Source: Candidatus Campbellbacteria bacterium (GTDB lineage: Bacteria > Patescibacteriota > Minisyncoccia > Phycocordibacterales > EsbW-18). Taken from it: a stretch of 64,000 bases of DNA. The DNA lies in contig JANLIT010000003.1 in the NCBI GenBank assembly GCA_024653945.1, forward strand, positions 98,936-162,935. Direction: 5' to 3'. The notes under the pieces were generated by a model. The model had not been told where the DNA came from and did not search any database. It saw only the letters and a list, made by a program, of their open reading frames with translations. Positions 8,429 to 18,122 of this stretch are shown one piece after another. Positions within the stretch are counted from its first letter, which is position 1; each line of letters starts with the position of its first letter. The position numbers were made by a program, and so were the translations under genes.

Positions 8429-9700
8429 CTACGCTTTTGAGATTTTTTCCTTCCCGTTCATATACGGACGGAGTACTTCTGGAATAGTGATTGAACCGTC
8501 AGCGTTTTGGTAGTTTTCAACAAGAGGAACAAGAATGCGCGGAGTTGCAAGTGCGGTGTTATTGAGCGAGTGAGCATACTGCAATTTTCCATCAGCATCC
8601 CGATATTTGGTATTCAAACGACGTGTTTGAAAATCGTGGAAGTATGAAGATGAGTGTGTCTCACGATACTTCCCTTCACTTGGAACCCATGTTTCTATAT
8701 CATATTTTTTAACCTGCCCAAGACCGAGGTCACCACTGCAATTAATCACCACATGGTATGGCAATTGTAATGCCTGCAGGAGCTCTTCAGCGTTCGTGGT
8801 GAGTGCCTCGTGGTGTTTTACAGATTCCTCGTGACTTGCCTCGCACAACACCACCTGTTCAAATTTAAAGAACTCATGCACACGAACAATGCCGGTCGTA
8901 TCTTTTCCATAACTTCCCGCTTCTCGTCGAAAACACGGAGAAAAAGCAAAGAACTTAATTGGCAATTCTGATCGTTCAACAACTTCGTCCATGTAGTACG
9001 CCATTGTTGGAACTTCGGCTGTACCTGCCAAATACATTTCATCCTGTGCTTTGTATAAATCTTCTTCACTTTGAGGAAGATACCCCGTTCCTACAAATGG
9101 CTCACGCTTCACAAGAGATGGTGCGATGATTGGAGTAAACCCACCCTTATGCATGAAGTGGTTAAACACGAATTGCCAGAGTGCAAAAGATAATTCTGCT
9201 CCCGCATTTTTCAAAAAATATCCACGGAATCCCGCTGTTTTTGTTCCACGTTCAAAATCAACCATGTCCAGATTTTCCATGAGCTCAATGTGTCCTTTCG
9301 GTTCAAAATCGAATTTTGGTTTGTCACCCCACACACGAACCTCTTGGTTGTCAGCATCAGTATTCCCTTCTGGCACAGACATATCAGGAACATTGGGAAC
9401 TTGTAACATAAGAAGTCGCCACTGTTCAACAACAATTTTTATTTCTTCTTCTTTTTTTTGAAGTGTTTCTTTAAGAGGCTTCATTTGGGCAATGAGTTCT
9501 GCGCGCTCATCGACTGATGCGTTTGGCATTTTTTCACTCACTGCGTTTTGTTGCGCACGCATGTCATCAATCTCTTTGGTTAAGGCACGACGTGAATCAT
9601 CGAGAGCAAGAAGTACCTCAATATCCACCTTCACGTGCTTTTTTTGTGCCCCCGCAATAACGACGTCTTTGTTTTCCCTGATGAAGTTGATATCTAACAT
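8429..9700 (-). CDS. serS: Seryl-tRNA synthetase
   Basis: N-terminal coiled-coil arm; class II motifs (FRREAGS, GSALA-type). Confidence 0.9.
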   Translation of the reverse strand: MLDINFIRENKDVVIAGAQKKHVKVDIEVLLALDDSRRALTKEIDDMRAQQNAVSEKMPNASVDERAELIAQMKPLKETLQKKEEEIKIVVEQWRLLMLQVPNVPDMSVPEGNTDADNQEVRVWGDKPKFDFEPKGHIELMENLDMVDFERGTKTAGFRGYFLKNAGAELSFALWQFVFNHFMHKGGFTPIIAPSLVKREPFVGTGYLPQSEEDLYKAQDEMYLAGTAEVPTMAYYMDEVVERSELPIKFFAFSPCFRREAGSYGKDTTGIVRVHEFFKFEQVVLCEASHEESVKHHEALTTNAEELLQALQLPYHVVINCSGDLGLGQVKKYDIETWVPSEGKYRETHSSSYFHDFQTRRLNTKYRDADGKLQYAHSLNNTALATPRILVPLVENYQNADGSITIPEVLRPYMNGKEKISKA

Positions 9701-9782
9701 ATATAAAGAAAGCTACCTGATTAGTGTTCATATCGTACCACAATTTAGGTTTATTTTATGTCCATACTGTTAGGATTACCTG

Positions 9783-10658
9783 ATGGAAGGGACGGGGCAC
9801 TATCCTGCCATACAACTGAAAAAAAAGGTCTTTCCTGAGCTCTTGCAGGAGATAGCCGATCCGCCTAAGACACTTTTTATTCGTGGAACACTTCCGTCAC
9901 CAGAGTACAAAATGCTCTGTGTTGTCGGCTCGCGAAAATATTGCTCGTATAGCCAGACGGTCTGTCAAAACCTTATATCTTCCCTAGCAGGATATCCAGT
10001 TGTCGTTGTCTCTGGACTAGCCCTTGGTATTGATAGTGTGGCCCACGAAGAAGCACTTTTGGTTGGTCTACCCACAATTGCAGTTCCTGGTTCTGGAATA
10101 GATGATTCTGTTTTATACCCACGAATGCATGTTGGACTCGCTGGGCGTATTCTTAAAGCTGGTGGCGCACTTATATCGGAGCTCGAGCCCACGGAAAATG
10201 CAACCGTCTGGAGTTTTCCAAAACGAAACAGAATTATGGCCGGCATGTGCCACGCCACACTCATTATTGAGGCGCACGAAAAATCAGGAACGCTCATCAC
10301 TGCACGTCTCGCAATGGAATACAACCGTGATGTTCTCGTTGTACCGGGAGCAATTACCTCTCCACACCACATGGGTTCAAATAAACTCCTGCGAGAGGGG
10401 GCTCAAGCAATCACCTGTGCTGAAGATATTCTTCAAGCGCTTGGTATTCCTCTACGAGAAAATACACAAAGCAGAACATGTAATGATTTATTACCCGATG
10501 AACAAATAGTAATAGACTATCTCACCGAACCTCGCACCGTTGATGAAATTGCACAAGAAACACAGAGGCCCATTGCACACATTAACGTCATTATTTCTAC
10601 GCTCGAAATAAAAGGGTATATCACCACACGACTTGGCAAAATCGAACGAACAGTATAG
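9783..10658 (+). CDS. dprA: DNA-processing protein DprA (SMF)
   Basis: VVSGLALGIDSVAHEEAL, GSGID, Rossmann fold plus C-terminal winged helix. Confidence 0.85.
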   Translation: MEGTGHYPAIQLKKKVFPELLQEIADPPKTLFIRGTLPSPEYKMLCVVGSRKYCSYSQTVCQNLISSLAGYPVVVVSGLALGIDSVAHEEALLVGLPTIAVPGSGIDDSVLYPRMHVGLAGRILKAGGALISELEPTENATVWSFPKRNRIMAGMCHATLIIEAHEKSGTLITARLAMEYNRDVLVVPGAITSPHHMGSNKLLREGAQAITCAEDILQALGIPLRENTQSRTCNDLLPDEQIVIDYLTEPRTVDEIAQETQRPIAHINVIISTLEIKGYITTRLGKIERTV

Positions 10659-10727
10659 AGTCATACACATTTGTGCTACACACCATTTGCTTTTATATCA
10701 CATTTGTAGTATTTGTTGCACATATAT

Positions 10728-12974
10728 ATGAAACTCGTCATCGTTGAATCACCAGCAAAAGCAAAAACGATTGAAAAATATCTCGGCACTGGATACACAG
10801 TGAAAGCCAGTGTTGGACACGTGCGTGATTTACCAAAGAGTAACAAGAACGCCATTGATGTTCCCGGCGGTTTTATTCCGCACTATCAGATTGTTCCTGA
10901 AAAAAGGGAAATTATCGCCGACCTTAAAAAAGCGGTCAGCAAGGCAGATGAAGTATTACTTGCAACTGACCCCGACCGCGAAGGTGAAGCCATTGCATGG
11001 CACTTGGCACAAGCGCTCGATTTGGAGGGTACAAAGGCACCCTCCTCTGCTAAAGCTACGGCGGGCAAGAAAAATAAAAAAGTAAAGAGAATTGTATTCC
11101 ACGAAATCACCAAAGACGCTATTCTTGAAGCAGTTGCCCACCCACGAGACATTGATAACCACCTTCGCGAAGCACAGGAAGCACGACGCGTGTTGGACCG
11201 TCTTGTAGGATACGACCTTTCAGGACTTATTTGGAAAAAGGTTCGTTATGGTCTTTCTGCTGGACGCGTTCAGTCCCCTGCCCTTCGTATTGTTATGGAA
11301 CGAGAGCGAGAAATTCGTGCATTCATTCCAGAAAATTATTGGGTGATTACAGCCGACGTACAAACAAACCAGCCTGCCGGCAGGCAAGGAAAGAAAGAAA
11401 AATTAACGCTTACATGTGAAGAAGAACCGCGGGATGAGAAAAAAACCAATACAATTGTAGAAAAAGCACGTGCTGGAACTTGGAGCGTTGCTTCTGTAAA
11501 AGAAACAGAAAATCAACGCCAGCCACGCGCACCGTTTACCACATCAACAATTCAACAATCTGCTAGTACTCGGCTTGGATTTTCTCCTTCCCGAACCATG
11601 CGCGCTGCTCAAAAACTCTACGAAAAAGGTTTTATCACCTACATGAGAACAGACAGCACCAATCTTGCAGCACAAGCTCAAACACAAATTTTAGCGGTCG
11701 TCACAAAAGAATTTGGAAAAGAATTTGCACGACCAATGGTGTACGCAAGCAAAAGTAAAAACGCCCAAGAAGCACACGAGGCCATTCGTCCAACAAATGC
11801 CGAAACTCGTGTCGCAGGAAGTGATGATGACGAGAAAAAGCTCTATGAACTTATATGGGCTCGCGCAATCAGTAGCCAAATGGCACCTGCAAAACTTCTG
11901 CAAACAAAAATAACAACAACCATTGGGGACGAGTCCGTTCCTCCATTCTCAGCAACAGGTTCACGCGTATTGTTTCCTGGATGGCTTCTTGCAGATCCCG
12001 ATTCTCGAGGAGAAGATGTTGAGATGCCAAAAGTAATCGAAGGAGACTCATTAAACCTTCTTGATGTTACAGCGCTTGCAAAACAAACACAGCCACCATC
12101 GCGATATTCTGAGGCTGGACTTATTAAAGAACTTGAAAAACGTGGTATTGGTCGCCCATCAACATATGCCTCTATCATCAGAACGATTGAGGAGCGTGGA
12201 TATGTAACACGAGAAAATAGAACCCTCACACCAACAGACACCGGTGACGTGGTGAGTACTTTTTTGGAAAAACATTTTGCAACATACATTAGCGATTCAT
12301 TTACGTCAGAAATGGAAAATGAGTTGGATGAAATTGCTCTCGGCACGCGCGAGTATGAAAAAACACTCCGTGCCTTCTATATCCCCTTTGCAAAGGATGT
12401 TGCTAAAAAAACAAAGGAGGCTGAAAAAATAACCAACATGGGTGATGCACCAAAAGAGTTTGTATGCCCAAAGTGTGGAAGTGCAATGGTAATGAAACTT
12501 GCACGCAATGGAAAATTTATGAGCTGTGGACGATTTCCTGATTGTGATGGTGCACGCTCTGCTGATGGAAAAGAGGTAACCGACCCAGAAGAAATTGGAT
12601 TTCACCCTGAAACCAAAGAGCCCATCTTTGTTCTTGATGGGCCATATGGACCTTATGTTCAACTTGGACTCAAAACCACAAAGAATAAAAAACCTCGACG
12701 TTCAAGTATCCCAAAAGAAAAAGATCCTGTATCAGTGACCCTTGAAGAAGCAGTTATCTACTTGAGTTTGCCGAGAGTGCTTGGGCTACATCCTGAAACA
12801 AAAAAGGATGTTGTTGCCAATGTGGGTCGTTTTGGTCCATATATTGGACACGACGGAGATTTTCGTTCCCTCAAAACAGATGATGTGTACACAGTAACTC
12901 TTGAGCGTGCCCTTGCAATTCTCCAAGAGCCAAAAAAATTCCGCGGAAAGAGACGTTTTACAAAGAAAAAATAG
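10728..12974 (+). CDS. topA: DNA topoisomerase I
   Basis: TOPRIM start MKLVIVESPAKAKTIEKYLG; catalytic Tyr region; C-terminal Zn ribbon CPKCG...C..C. Confidence 0.9.
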   Translation: MKLVIVESPAKAKTIEKYLGTGYTVKASVGHVRDLPKSNKNAIDVPGGFIPHYQIVPEKREIIADLKKAVSKADEVLLATDPDREGEAIAWHLAQALDLEGTKAPSSAKATAGKKNKKVKRIVFHEITKDAILEAVAHPRDIDNHLREAQEARRVLDRLVGYDLSGLIWKKVRYGLSAGRVQSPALRIVMEREREIRAFIPENYWVITADVQTNQPAGRQGKKEKLTLTCEEEPRDEKKTNTIVEKARAGTWSVASVKETENQRQPRAPFTTSTIQQSASTRLGFSPSRTMRAAQKLYEKGFITYMRTDSTNLAAQAQTQILAVVTKEFGKEFARPMVYASKSKNAQEAHEAIRPTNAETRVAGSDDDEKKLYELIWARAISSQMAPAKLLQTKITTTIGDESVPPFSATGSRVLFPGWLLADPDSRGEDVEMPKVIEGDSLNLLDVTALAKQTQPPSRYSEAGLIKELEKRGIGRPSTYASIIRTIEERGYVTRENRTLTPTDTGDVVSTFLEKHFATYISDSFTSEMENELDEIALGTREYEKTLRAFYIPFAKDVAKKTKEAEKITNMGDAPKEFVCPKCGSAMVMKLARNGKFMSCGRFPDCDGARSADGKEVTDPEEIGFHPETKEPIFVLDGPYGPYVQLGLKTTKNKKPRRSSIPKEKDPVSVTLEEAVIYLSLPRVLGLHPETKKDVVANVGRFGPYIGHDGDFRSLKTDDVYTVTLERALAILQEPKKFRGKRRFTKKK

Positions 12975-12996
12975 TCCTGCCTCTTTCTACTGTACC

Positions 12997-13033
12997 ATAC
13001 TCAGCACTAAACAAAGGTCTTAGTGCTGAGTAT
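12997..13033 (+). terminator. Conserved terminator-like stem-loop after topA (family member 1)
   Basis: ATACTCAGCACTAA-ACAAAGGTC-TTAGTGCTGAGTAT, 14-bp stem with no U-tract; a homologous hairpin lies at 41875-41914. Confidence 0.45.
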
Positions 13034-13036
13034 ACT
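13031..13036 (+). promoter_or_regulatory. Putative -10 box (GTATACT family) for rel
   Basis: TGAGTATACT ~17 nt upstream of the 13053 ATG; the same GTATACT motif sits upstream of several other genes. Confidence 0.3.
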
Positions 13037-13052
13037 ACATACACCAAACCCC

Positions 13053-14549
13053 ATGAAAATACTTACCGCCCAAAACATTATTTCCGCATCGCATAAAAAG
13101 TTCACTGAAAAAGAACAACGAGGTATTGAAACTGCTTTTTCTTTTTCAGAAAATATACACAGAGACCAGAAACGTGAATCGGGAGAACCGTACTTTGTCC
13201 ATGTTGCAGAAACAGCACGCCACCTCGCACGTATCGGGGCAGATGCAACAACTATTATGGCCGGACTACTTCACGATAGTGTTGAAGATGTTGAACACAT
13301 CACCATTCAAGAAATTAGAACGCAATTTGGAGACGAGGTTGCCTTTCTTGTTGATGGTGTAACAAAACTTGGAAAGTTAAAATACCGCGGACTCAAACGC
13401 CATGTCGAAACACTTCGTAAACTGTTTCTTGCAACGGCGCGCGACCCTCGCGTTATTCTTATTAAGCTTGCCGACCGACTTCATAATCTAGAGACAATCT
13501 CCGCACTCCCTCAAGAAAAACAACAACGCATCGCGATGGAAACGCTTGAAATATATGCACCAATAGCACACCGACTTGGTATTGGAAACCTTAAAGGTGA
13601 GCTTGAAGACGTTGCGTTCAAAACTGCGTATCCAAAAGAGTATGCGGAAACGTATGCGCTCCGTGAAGAAAAAAGTAAAGAACATGTTGGACAATTAAAA
13701 AAACTCTCCCATGAAATACGAGCACTGCTCGCCCAATCAGATATCGTAGTACATGCAATGGATTATCGTATAAAACATATTTATAGTCTCAATAAAAAGT
13801 TGCAAGAAAAAGAAATGAATATTGATCGTGTCTACGATATTGAAGCGTTGCGTATTATTGTAGAAACCGTGGAGGAATGCTATCTCGCACTTGGACTCAC
13901 CCACAGTAAATGGAAACCGCTTCCTGGGCGCATTAAAGATTATATTGCAACGCCAAAACGTAACGGCTACCAAAGTCTCCACACAACCATTTTTACCGGC
14001 AATGGTGCAATTGTTGAAATTCAAATTAGAACACAGGCGATGCATGATGTTGCTGAGTACGGAATTGCATCCCATGTGGGGTATAAAGAGAAGACAGGTA
14101 TCACAACGGATTCAAGTGCACTGTTGGTTGAAAAATTATTTGGAAGAAGCACCCTCAACACAAACAATACAAGTCCAATGACACAATGGCTTCATGAACT
14201 GACCGAAACTCAAAATGATGTGGAGCACTCGCTTTCTTTTATTCGAAATCTTCGAAATGATTTCTTTAATGATCGTATTTTTGTATTTACACCAAATGGA
14301 GAGGTTGTTGATTTGCCTGTTGACGCCACACCGATTGATTTTGCATATTCAATTCACACCGACCTTGGAGACCATGCGTCAGGAGCTCGTATAAATGGAA
14401 AATTTGTCGCACTTTCAACAAAATTGAATCACGGCGACGTTGTGCTTATTGAAACACGAGACAACAGTAAACCTTCCCAGAAATGGCTCACATGGGCAAA
14501 AACAGGATTCGCAAAAAAGAAAATCCGAATAGCACTTGAAAAAAACTAA
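13053..14549 (+). CDS. rel: Bifunctional (p)ppGpp synthetase/hydrolase, RelA/SpoT family (HD + synthetase + TGS)
   Basis: HD motif HLARIGADATTIMAGLLHDSVED; synthetase motifs RIKHIYS, GYQSLHT; TGS domain. Confidence 0.85.
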   Translation: MKILTAQNIISASHKKFTEKEQRGIETAFSFSENIHRDQKRESGEPYFVHVAETARHLARIGADATTIMAGLLHDSVEDVEHITIQEIRTQFGDEVAFLVDGVTKLGKLKYRGLKRHVETLRKLFLATARDPRVILIKLADRLHNLETISALPQEKQQRIAMETLEIYAPIAHRLGIGNLKGELEDVAFKTAYPKEYAETYALREEKSKEHVGQLKKLSHEIRALLAQSDIVVHAMDYRIKHIYSLNKKLQEKEMNIDRVYDIEALRIIVETVEECYLALGLTHSKWKPLPGRIKDYIATPKRNGYQSLHTTIFTGNGAIVEIQIRTQAMHDVAEYGIASHVGYKEKTGITTDSSALLVEKLFGRSTLNTNNTSPMTQWLHELTETQNDVEHSLSFIRNLRNDFFNDRIFVFTPNGEVVDLPVDATPIDFAYSIHTDLGDHASGARINGKFVALSTKLNHGDVVLIETRDNSKPSQKWLTWAKTGFAKKKIRIALEKN

Positions 14550-15511
14550 ACGGAGAAATGAGTTACTGAATACAAATCGTCATCTTTTCCCTTTGTTTCA
14601 TTTTCTGTGGTAGCTATTTCTGGCACCACATCAGTTACTTCTTCTGGGGTCGTTGATGTATTTTGAGATAGTTCGTTGAATGATGCGACTTCACTGTTGA
14701 GAACTGCAAGAATTTTTCGTAAATCTTCCTCAGAACCAAAATCAATAAAAATACGCCCACCGACTTCTTTTGGTTCTACACGAACACGCGTCCCAAGTCG
14801 CTCTGATGCACGTGTTTCAAGTTCAATAATATCAGGGTCATATAAACGATCATGTCGTCGTACCTTCTCAACTGCAATACGACGAGAAATTTGTTCCGCA
14901 TCACGAACGGTGAGTTTATTTAAAATAATTTCCTTAAAGAGAACTAGTTGCTCTGCTGGCCTGTCTATAAGCATGAGAAGCGGTCGTGTGTGCCCCTCAC
15001 TAATTTTCCCTTCAGAGAGCGCTTGTTGCATTTCTACAGGCAAAAGGAGGAGGCGGATGGTATTTGAAACATACTCTCGACTTTTTCCAACCTTGTGTGC
15101 TATTTCTCCGTGCTTCAAACCAAAATGTTCGGCTAGTTGTGAGAATGCACGGGCACGTTCTATAGGATTAATATCTTCTCGCTGAAGATTTTCAATAATG
15201 GCGAGCTCAAGCTTCATCTGTTCACTTTCTTCATCATCTCGAATGATAACTGGTACAAGAGACAGACCTGCCATTTTGGATGCGCGCAGACGCCGTTCTC
15301 CAGCAATGAGTTCATACTGAACAGAGATGCCTCCGTCTTCTCGTTGGTGTTCTCGTTGGGTTACTACCAGTGGTTGCAATACGCCATACTGGCGGATTGA
15401 GTCGGAAAGGTCTTTGAGTTTTTGCTCATCAAAAAAACGTCTCGGCTGAAATGGGTTTGGAACAATTTTTTCCACCTCGACCCAAAAAATTGCATTATTG
15501 TGAAAGCTCAT
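14546..15511 (-). CDS. parB: Chromosome partitioning protein ParB/Spo0J
   Basis: GERRLRASKMAGL; IENLQREDINPIERA; helix-turn-helix; acidic C-terminal tail. Confidence 0.85.
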   Translation of the reverse strand: MSFHNNAIFWVEVEKIVPNPFQPRRFFDEQKLKDLSDSIRQYGVLQPLVVTQREHQREDGGISVQYELIAGERRLRASKMAGLSLVPVIIRDDEESEQMKLELAIIENLQREDINPIERARAFSQLAEHFGLKHGEIAHKVGKSREYVSNTIRLLLLPVEMQQALSEGKISEGHTRPLLMLIDRPAEQLVLFKEIILNKLTVRDAEQISRRIAVEKVRRHDRLYDPDIIELETRASERLGTRVRVEPKEVGGRIFIDFGSEEDLRKILAVLNSEVASFNELSQNTSTTPEEVTDVVPEIATTENETKGKDDDLYSVTHFSV

Positions 15512-15602
15512 AGTGAATAGAATATTGAATGTAGTATATGGAACGTAGGAAGACAGATATAGTTTAGCAAAAAAAGCGATACTTTGGTAGAATCACCTCA
15601 TT

Positions 15603-15684
15603 GCCGGGGTGGCGTAATTGGTAGCCGCGCACGACTCAAAATCGTGTGTCGTAAGACATGAGGGTTCGATTCCCTCCCCCGGCA
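15603..15684 (+). tRNA. tRNA-Leu (anticodon CAA), type II with long variable arm
   Basis: Acceptor GCCGGGG/CCCCGGC, anticodon stem CACGA/UCGUG with loop CUCAAAA, T-arm GAGGGUUCGAUUCCCUC. Confidence 0.85.
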
Positions 15685-15795
15685 CAGCGGAAAATGTGGA
15701 CATACTGGGTGTATGTTTATATTTTGCGCCTTTGGGGAATCGAAGGCCGGAGCACGACGGTGCGACCCAGTAGGTCAATGTACTCATTGAGACGG

Positions 15796-15825
15796 GGACA
15801 AAAGCAAACTGCTTTGCTTTTGTCC
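15796..15825. repeat. Perfect 13-bp stem hairpin with 4-nt loop
   Basis: GGACAAAAGCAAA-CTGC-TTTGCTTTTGTCC. Confidence 0.6.
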
Positions 15826-15870
15826 GAACGAAGTGAGGTGGACGCGGAACTTTTCACCAGAAAAGTATTC

Positions 15871-15893
15871 GTGACCGATTCCCTCCCCCGGCA
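15871..15893 (+). repeat. Direct repeat of the tRNA-Leu 3' end (T-arm half plus acceptor), att-like
   Basis: CGATTCCCTCCCCCGGCACA is identical to tRNA-Leu 15665-15686 and lies ~185 bp downstream. Confidence 0.6.
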
Positions 15894-15897
15894 CAAC

Positions 15898-16215
15898 ATG
15901 AAAAAACTACAAAATCTCGGATTAAGTGCTCAGTCGTGGCGATACCTCGTGAATATGTGGACTGTCTTTCTTTTTGTGATTATTATCTGGGATTTTGTGA
16001 CCAACAACGGACTTGGAAATATTATCGGGGCTGTTGCGGCAATTTATACAGGTGCACTTGTCATATACAGTGCAGAAAAAGAATTTGAACGGTGGAGTGA
16101 TAACCACGCAGGGCGCCACCCCGGCGAACTGTATGTCATCGCATGGACCTGTTCTTATGGTACTCATCTTCTCCGCAGAAGTTATTCTGCGAAAACCATA
16201 CACAGTACCACATGA
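15898..16215 (+). CDS. Small membrane protein, possibly frameshifted (C-terminus may continue in the frame of ORF 16013-16315)
   Basis: ATG right after the att-like repeat; two transmembrane helices; the adjacent frame ends with a natural-looking C-terminus (...IAVISILAITKKSKRYYFRKKKITPLE); a homopolymer CCCCGG sits near the frame switch. Confidence 0.3.
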   Translation: MKKLQNLGLSAQSWRYLVNMWTVFLFVIIIWDFVTNNGLGNIIGAVAAIYTGALVIYSAEKEFERWSDNHAGRHPGELYVIAWTCSYGTHLLRRSYSAKTIHSTT

Positions 16216-16366
16216 AATTATTGCAACATACATCGCAGTCATCAGCATTCTTGCTATTACCAAAAAATCGAAGCGGTACTACTTTCGAAAAAAGAAAATA
16301 ACCCCTTTGGAGTAGTTGTGTAATTTTCACAACATGCCAACAAGAATACGTGTCACAAGAACCCTG

Positions 16367-16522
16367 ATGACTAAGAAGTACTCTTTTTTTCCTCTTCAGC
16401 GGCCCTCTCCTCATGTTCTTGTGCGGCAACTCTATGGGCTTCGGCAGCCTCAGCTTCTTTTTCGCGCGCTAACCTGTCTTGTTTCTCCGCTTCTTCGTCT
16501 TTTTGTGTTATATCGTCTGTCA
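16367..16522 (-). CDS. Possible small acidic coiled-coil protein (51 aa), found manually
   Basis: MTDDITQKDEEAEKQDRLAREKEAEAAEAHRVAAQEHEERAAEEEKKSTS immediately downstream of the yggT-like gene; weak RBS. Confidence 0.2.
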
Positions 16523-16534
16523 TATTTTATGTTA

Positions 16535-16891
16535 CTACTCTTGGTTATTTAATTTGACCGCAGCTTCATGTGTGGAAACCGTTTTTCCCATAACAAACAT
16601 TTTGATAATACCTATAGCTATAACCCAGTAGACCAACATCGCAAGAAGGGTTGTCCATTCAAAAATACTTCCCTCAAGAAGATATGAGGCACGGAACACA
16701 CTGATAAACGGCGTTGCAAAGACATAGGTTATCCCGTACACAAAACTACTAAACCCAGCTTCTGGGTTCGCACCAAGTAATTTCAAAGCAAATCGAAACA
16801 ATAACAATATCTCAACAAAACCAAGAATGTACCAAACAATTTGTGTACCTCGGTACAGTGGTTTGGTTGTGGGAGAGTTAGATGAATCCAT
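16535..16891 (-). CDS. YggT-family membrane protein
   Basis: Two transmembrane segments with YggT-like pattern (GTQIVWYILGFVEILLLFRFALKLLGANP). Confidence 0.55.
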   Translation of the reverse strand: MDSSNSPTTKPLYRGTQIVWYILGFVEILLLFRFALKLLGANPEAGFSSFVYGITYVFATPFISVFRASYLLEGSIFEWTTLLAMLVYWVIAIGIIKMFVMGKTVSTHEAAVKLNNQE

Positions 16892-17227
16892 ATATTTTTG
16901 TCTGCAAAATGCAGAGATGTTACGCTTGTAATACAAGTACTAATAAAAATAAACCATAAGGTGTTGTTCGTGTCCAGTATACCACCTGATTTCACAAAAT
17001 CATATCGCGCAACTGTCGACTAGAGCGCGATAATACCTAGATTTTATCTCCAAAATGTATTGTAGGGGTTTCTTTTTGATATTTTGGTATTTGTTATGAA
17101 ACGACCCAACACACTTCTTGTTATTGCACGTAGTGTGGTTATTGTCCGACTTTTATCTTAATGAGTTTCCATAGAAAACCCTTGCTAAGATGGGCTTAGG
17201 TGTGGTTGTATACAGGTACAGCACACC

Positions 17228-18121
17228 ATGAAACCAAAACTCATCGTTATCCTCGGACCGACCGCCACTGGAAAAAGTGATGTGGCCGTTCGTCTTGCAC
17301 AAAAATATGGTGGTGAAGTGGTGTCGGCCGATTCACGGCAGGTATATAAAGGACTTAATCTCGGAACAGGAAAAGTGACCGAGAAAGAAATGCGGGGTAT
17401 TCCCCACCACCTACTTGATGTGGTCTCACCACAACAACAATATACCGTTACCGATTTTGTTCGCGATACAAAAAATGTGTTTGTACCGATATATCGGTAC
17501 AAACACATTCCAATACTTGTTGGTGGTACAGGACAATACATAGATACCCTTGTTTTTGGACTCCAAATTCCAAACGTTCCACCAAATAAAAAATTGCGCA
17601 TGCAACTTGAAAAACTGAGTGCAGAGAAACTTTTTTCTCTCCTGCACAAAAAAGATCTTGCTCGTGCAAAAACCATCGACAGACACAACAAACGACGACT
17701 TATTCGCGCACTTGAAATTGTTGATACTCTTGGAAAAGTGCCGAAAACAAAAAAGAAATCTCTCTATTCCCCGCTCTATATTGGCCTCACCCTTCCAAAA
17801 GAAAAGTTGCATGAAAATATTCACAAACGACTCATCAAACGGCTGAAATTGGGACTCGTTGCAGAAGTACAAGACCTACACAAACATGGACTCTCGTGGA
17901 AGCGAATGGAGGAGTTGGGGCTTGAATATCGTTATATCTCACGTTTTTTGCAAAAGAAAATTACAAAAAAAGAAATGCTCACACAGCTTGAGCTCGAAAT
18001 TCAACACTATGCAAAACGACAAATAACATGGTTTAAACGAAACAAAAATATACTCTGGTTTGACCCAAAGAAAGACGTGCAAAACATCGAAGATACGGTG
18101 AAACGGTTCCTAACCACATAA
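17228..18121 (+). CDS. miaA: tRNA dimethylallyltransferase
   Basis: P-loop GPTATGKS; SADSRQVYKGLNLGTGK. Confidence 0.9.
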   Translation: MKPKLIVILGPTATGKSDVAVRLAQKYGGEVVSADSRQVYKGLNLGTGKVTEKEMRGIPHHLLDVVSPQQQYTVTDFVRDTKNVFVPIYRYKHIPILVGGTGQYIDTLVFGLQIPNVPPNKKLRMQLEKLSAEKLFSLLHKKDLARAKTIDRHNKRRLIRALEIVDTLGKVPKTKKKSLYSPLYIGLTLPKEKLHENIHKRLIKRLKLGLVAEVQDLHKHGLSWKRMEELGLEYRYISRFLQKKITKKEMLTQLELEIQHYAKRQITWFKRNKNILWFDPKKDVQNIEDTVKRFLTT

Positions 18122-18122
18122 T

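Noticed and set aside
9965-10372. 135-aa minus-strand ORF inside dprA, plus similar antisense ORFs inside topA (10886-11152, 11843-12346), groEL (26113-26856) and nrdJ (57582-58091)
   Set aside because: They are fully embedded antisense in strongly supported genes and are shadow ORFs.
12997-13033. Possible CIRCE (HrcA operator) because of the GCACT/AGTGC inverted repeat
   Set aside because: The sub-motif order (CAGCACTAA versus TTAGCACTC) and the spacer differ between the two copies (9 versus 14 nt), which is incompatible with a fixed-geometry dimer operator. The copies are not upstream of groES or dnaK either, so an RNA stem-loop is more likely.
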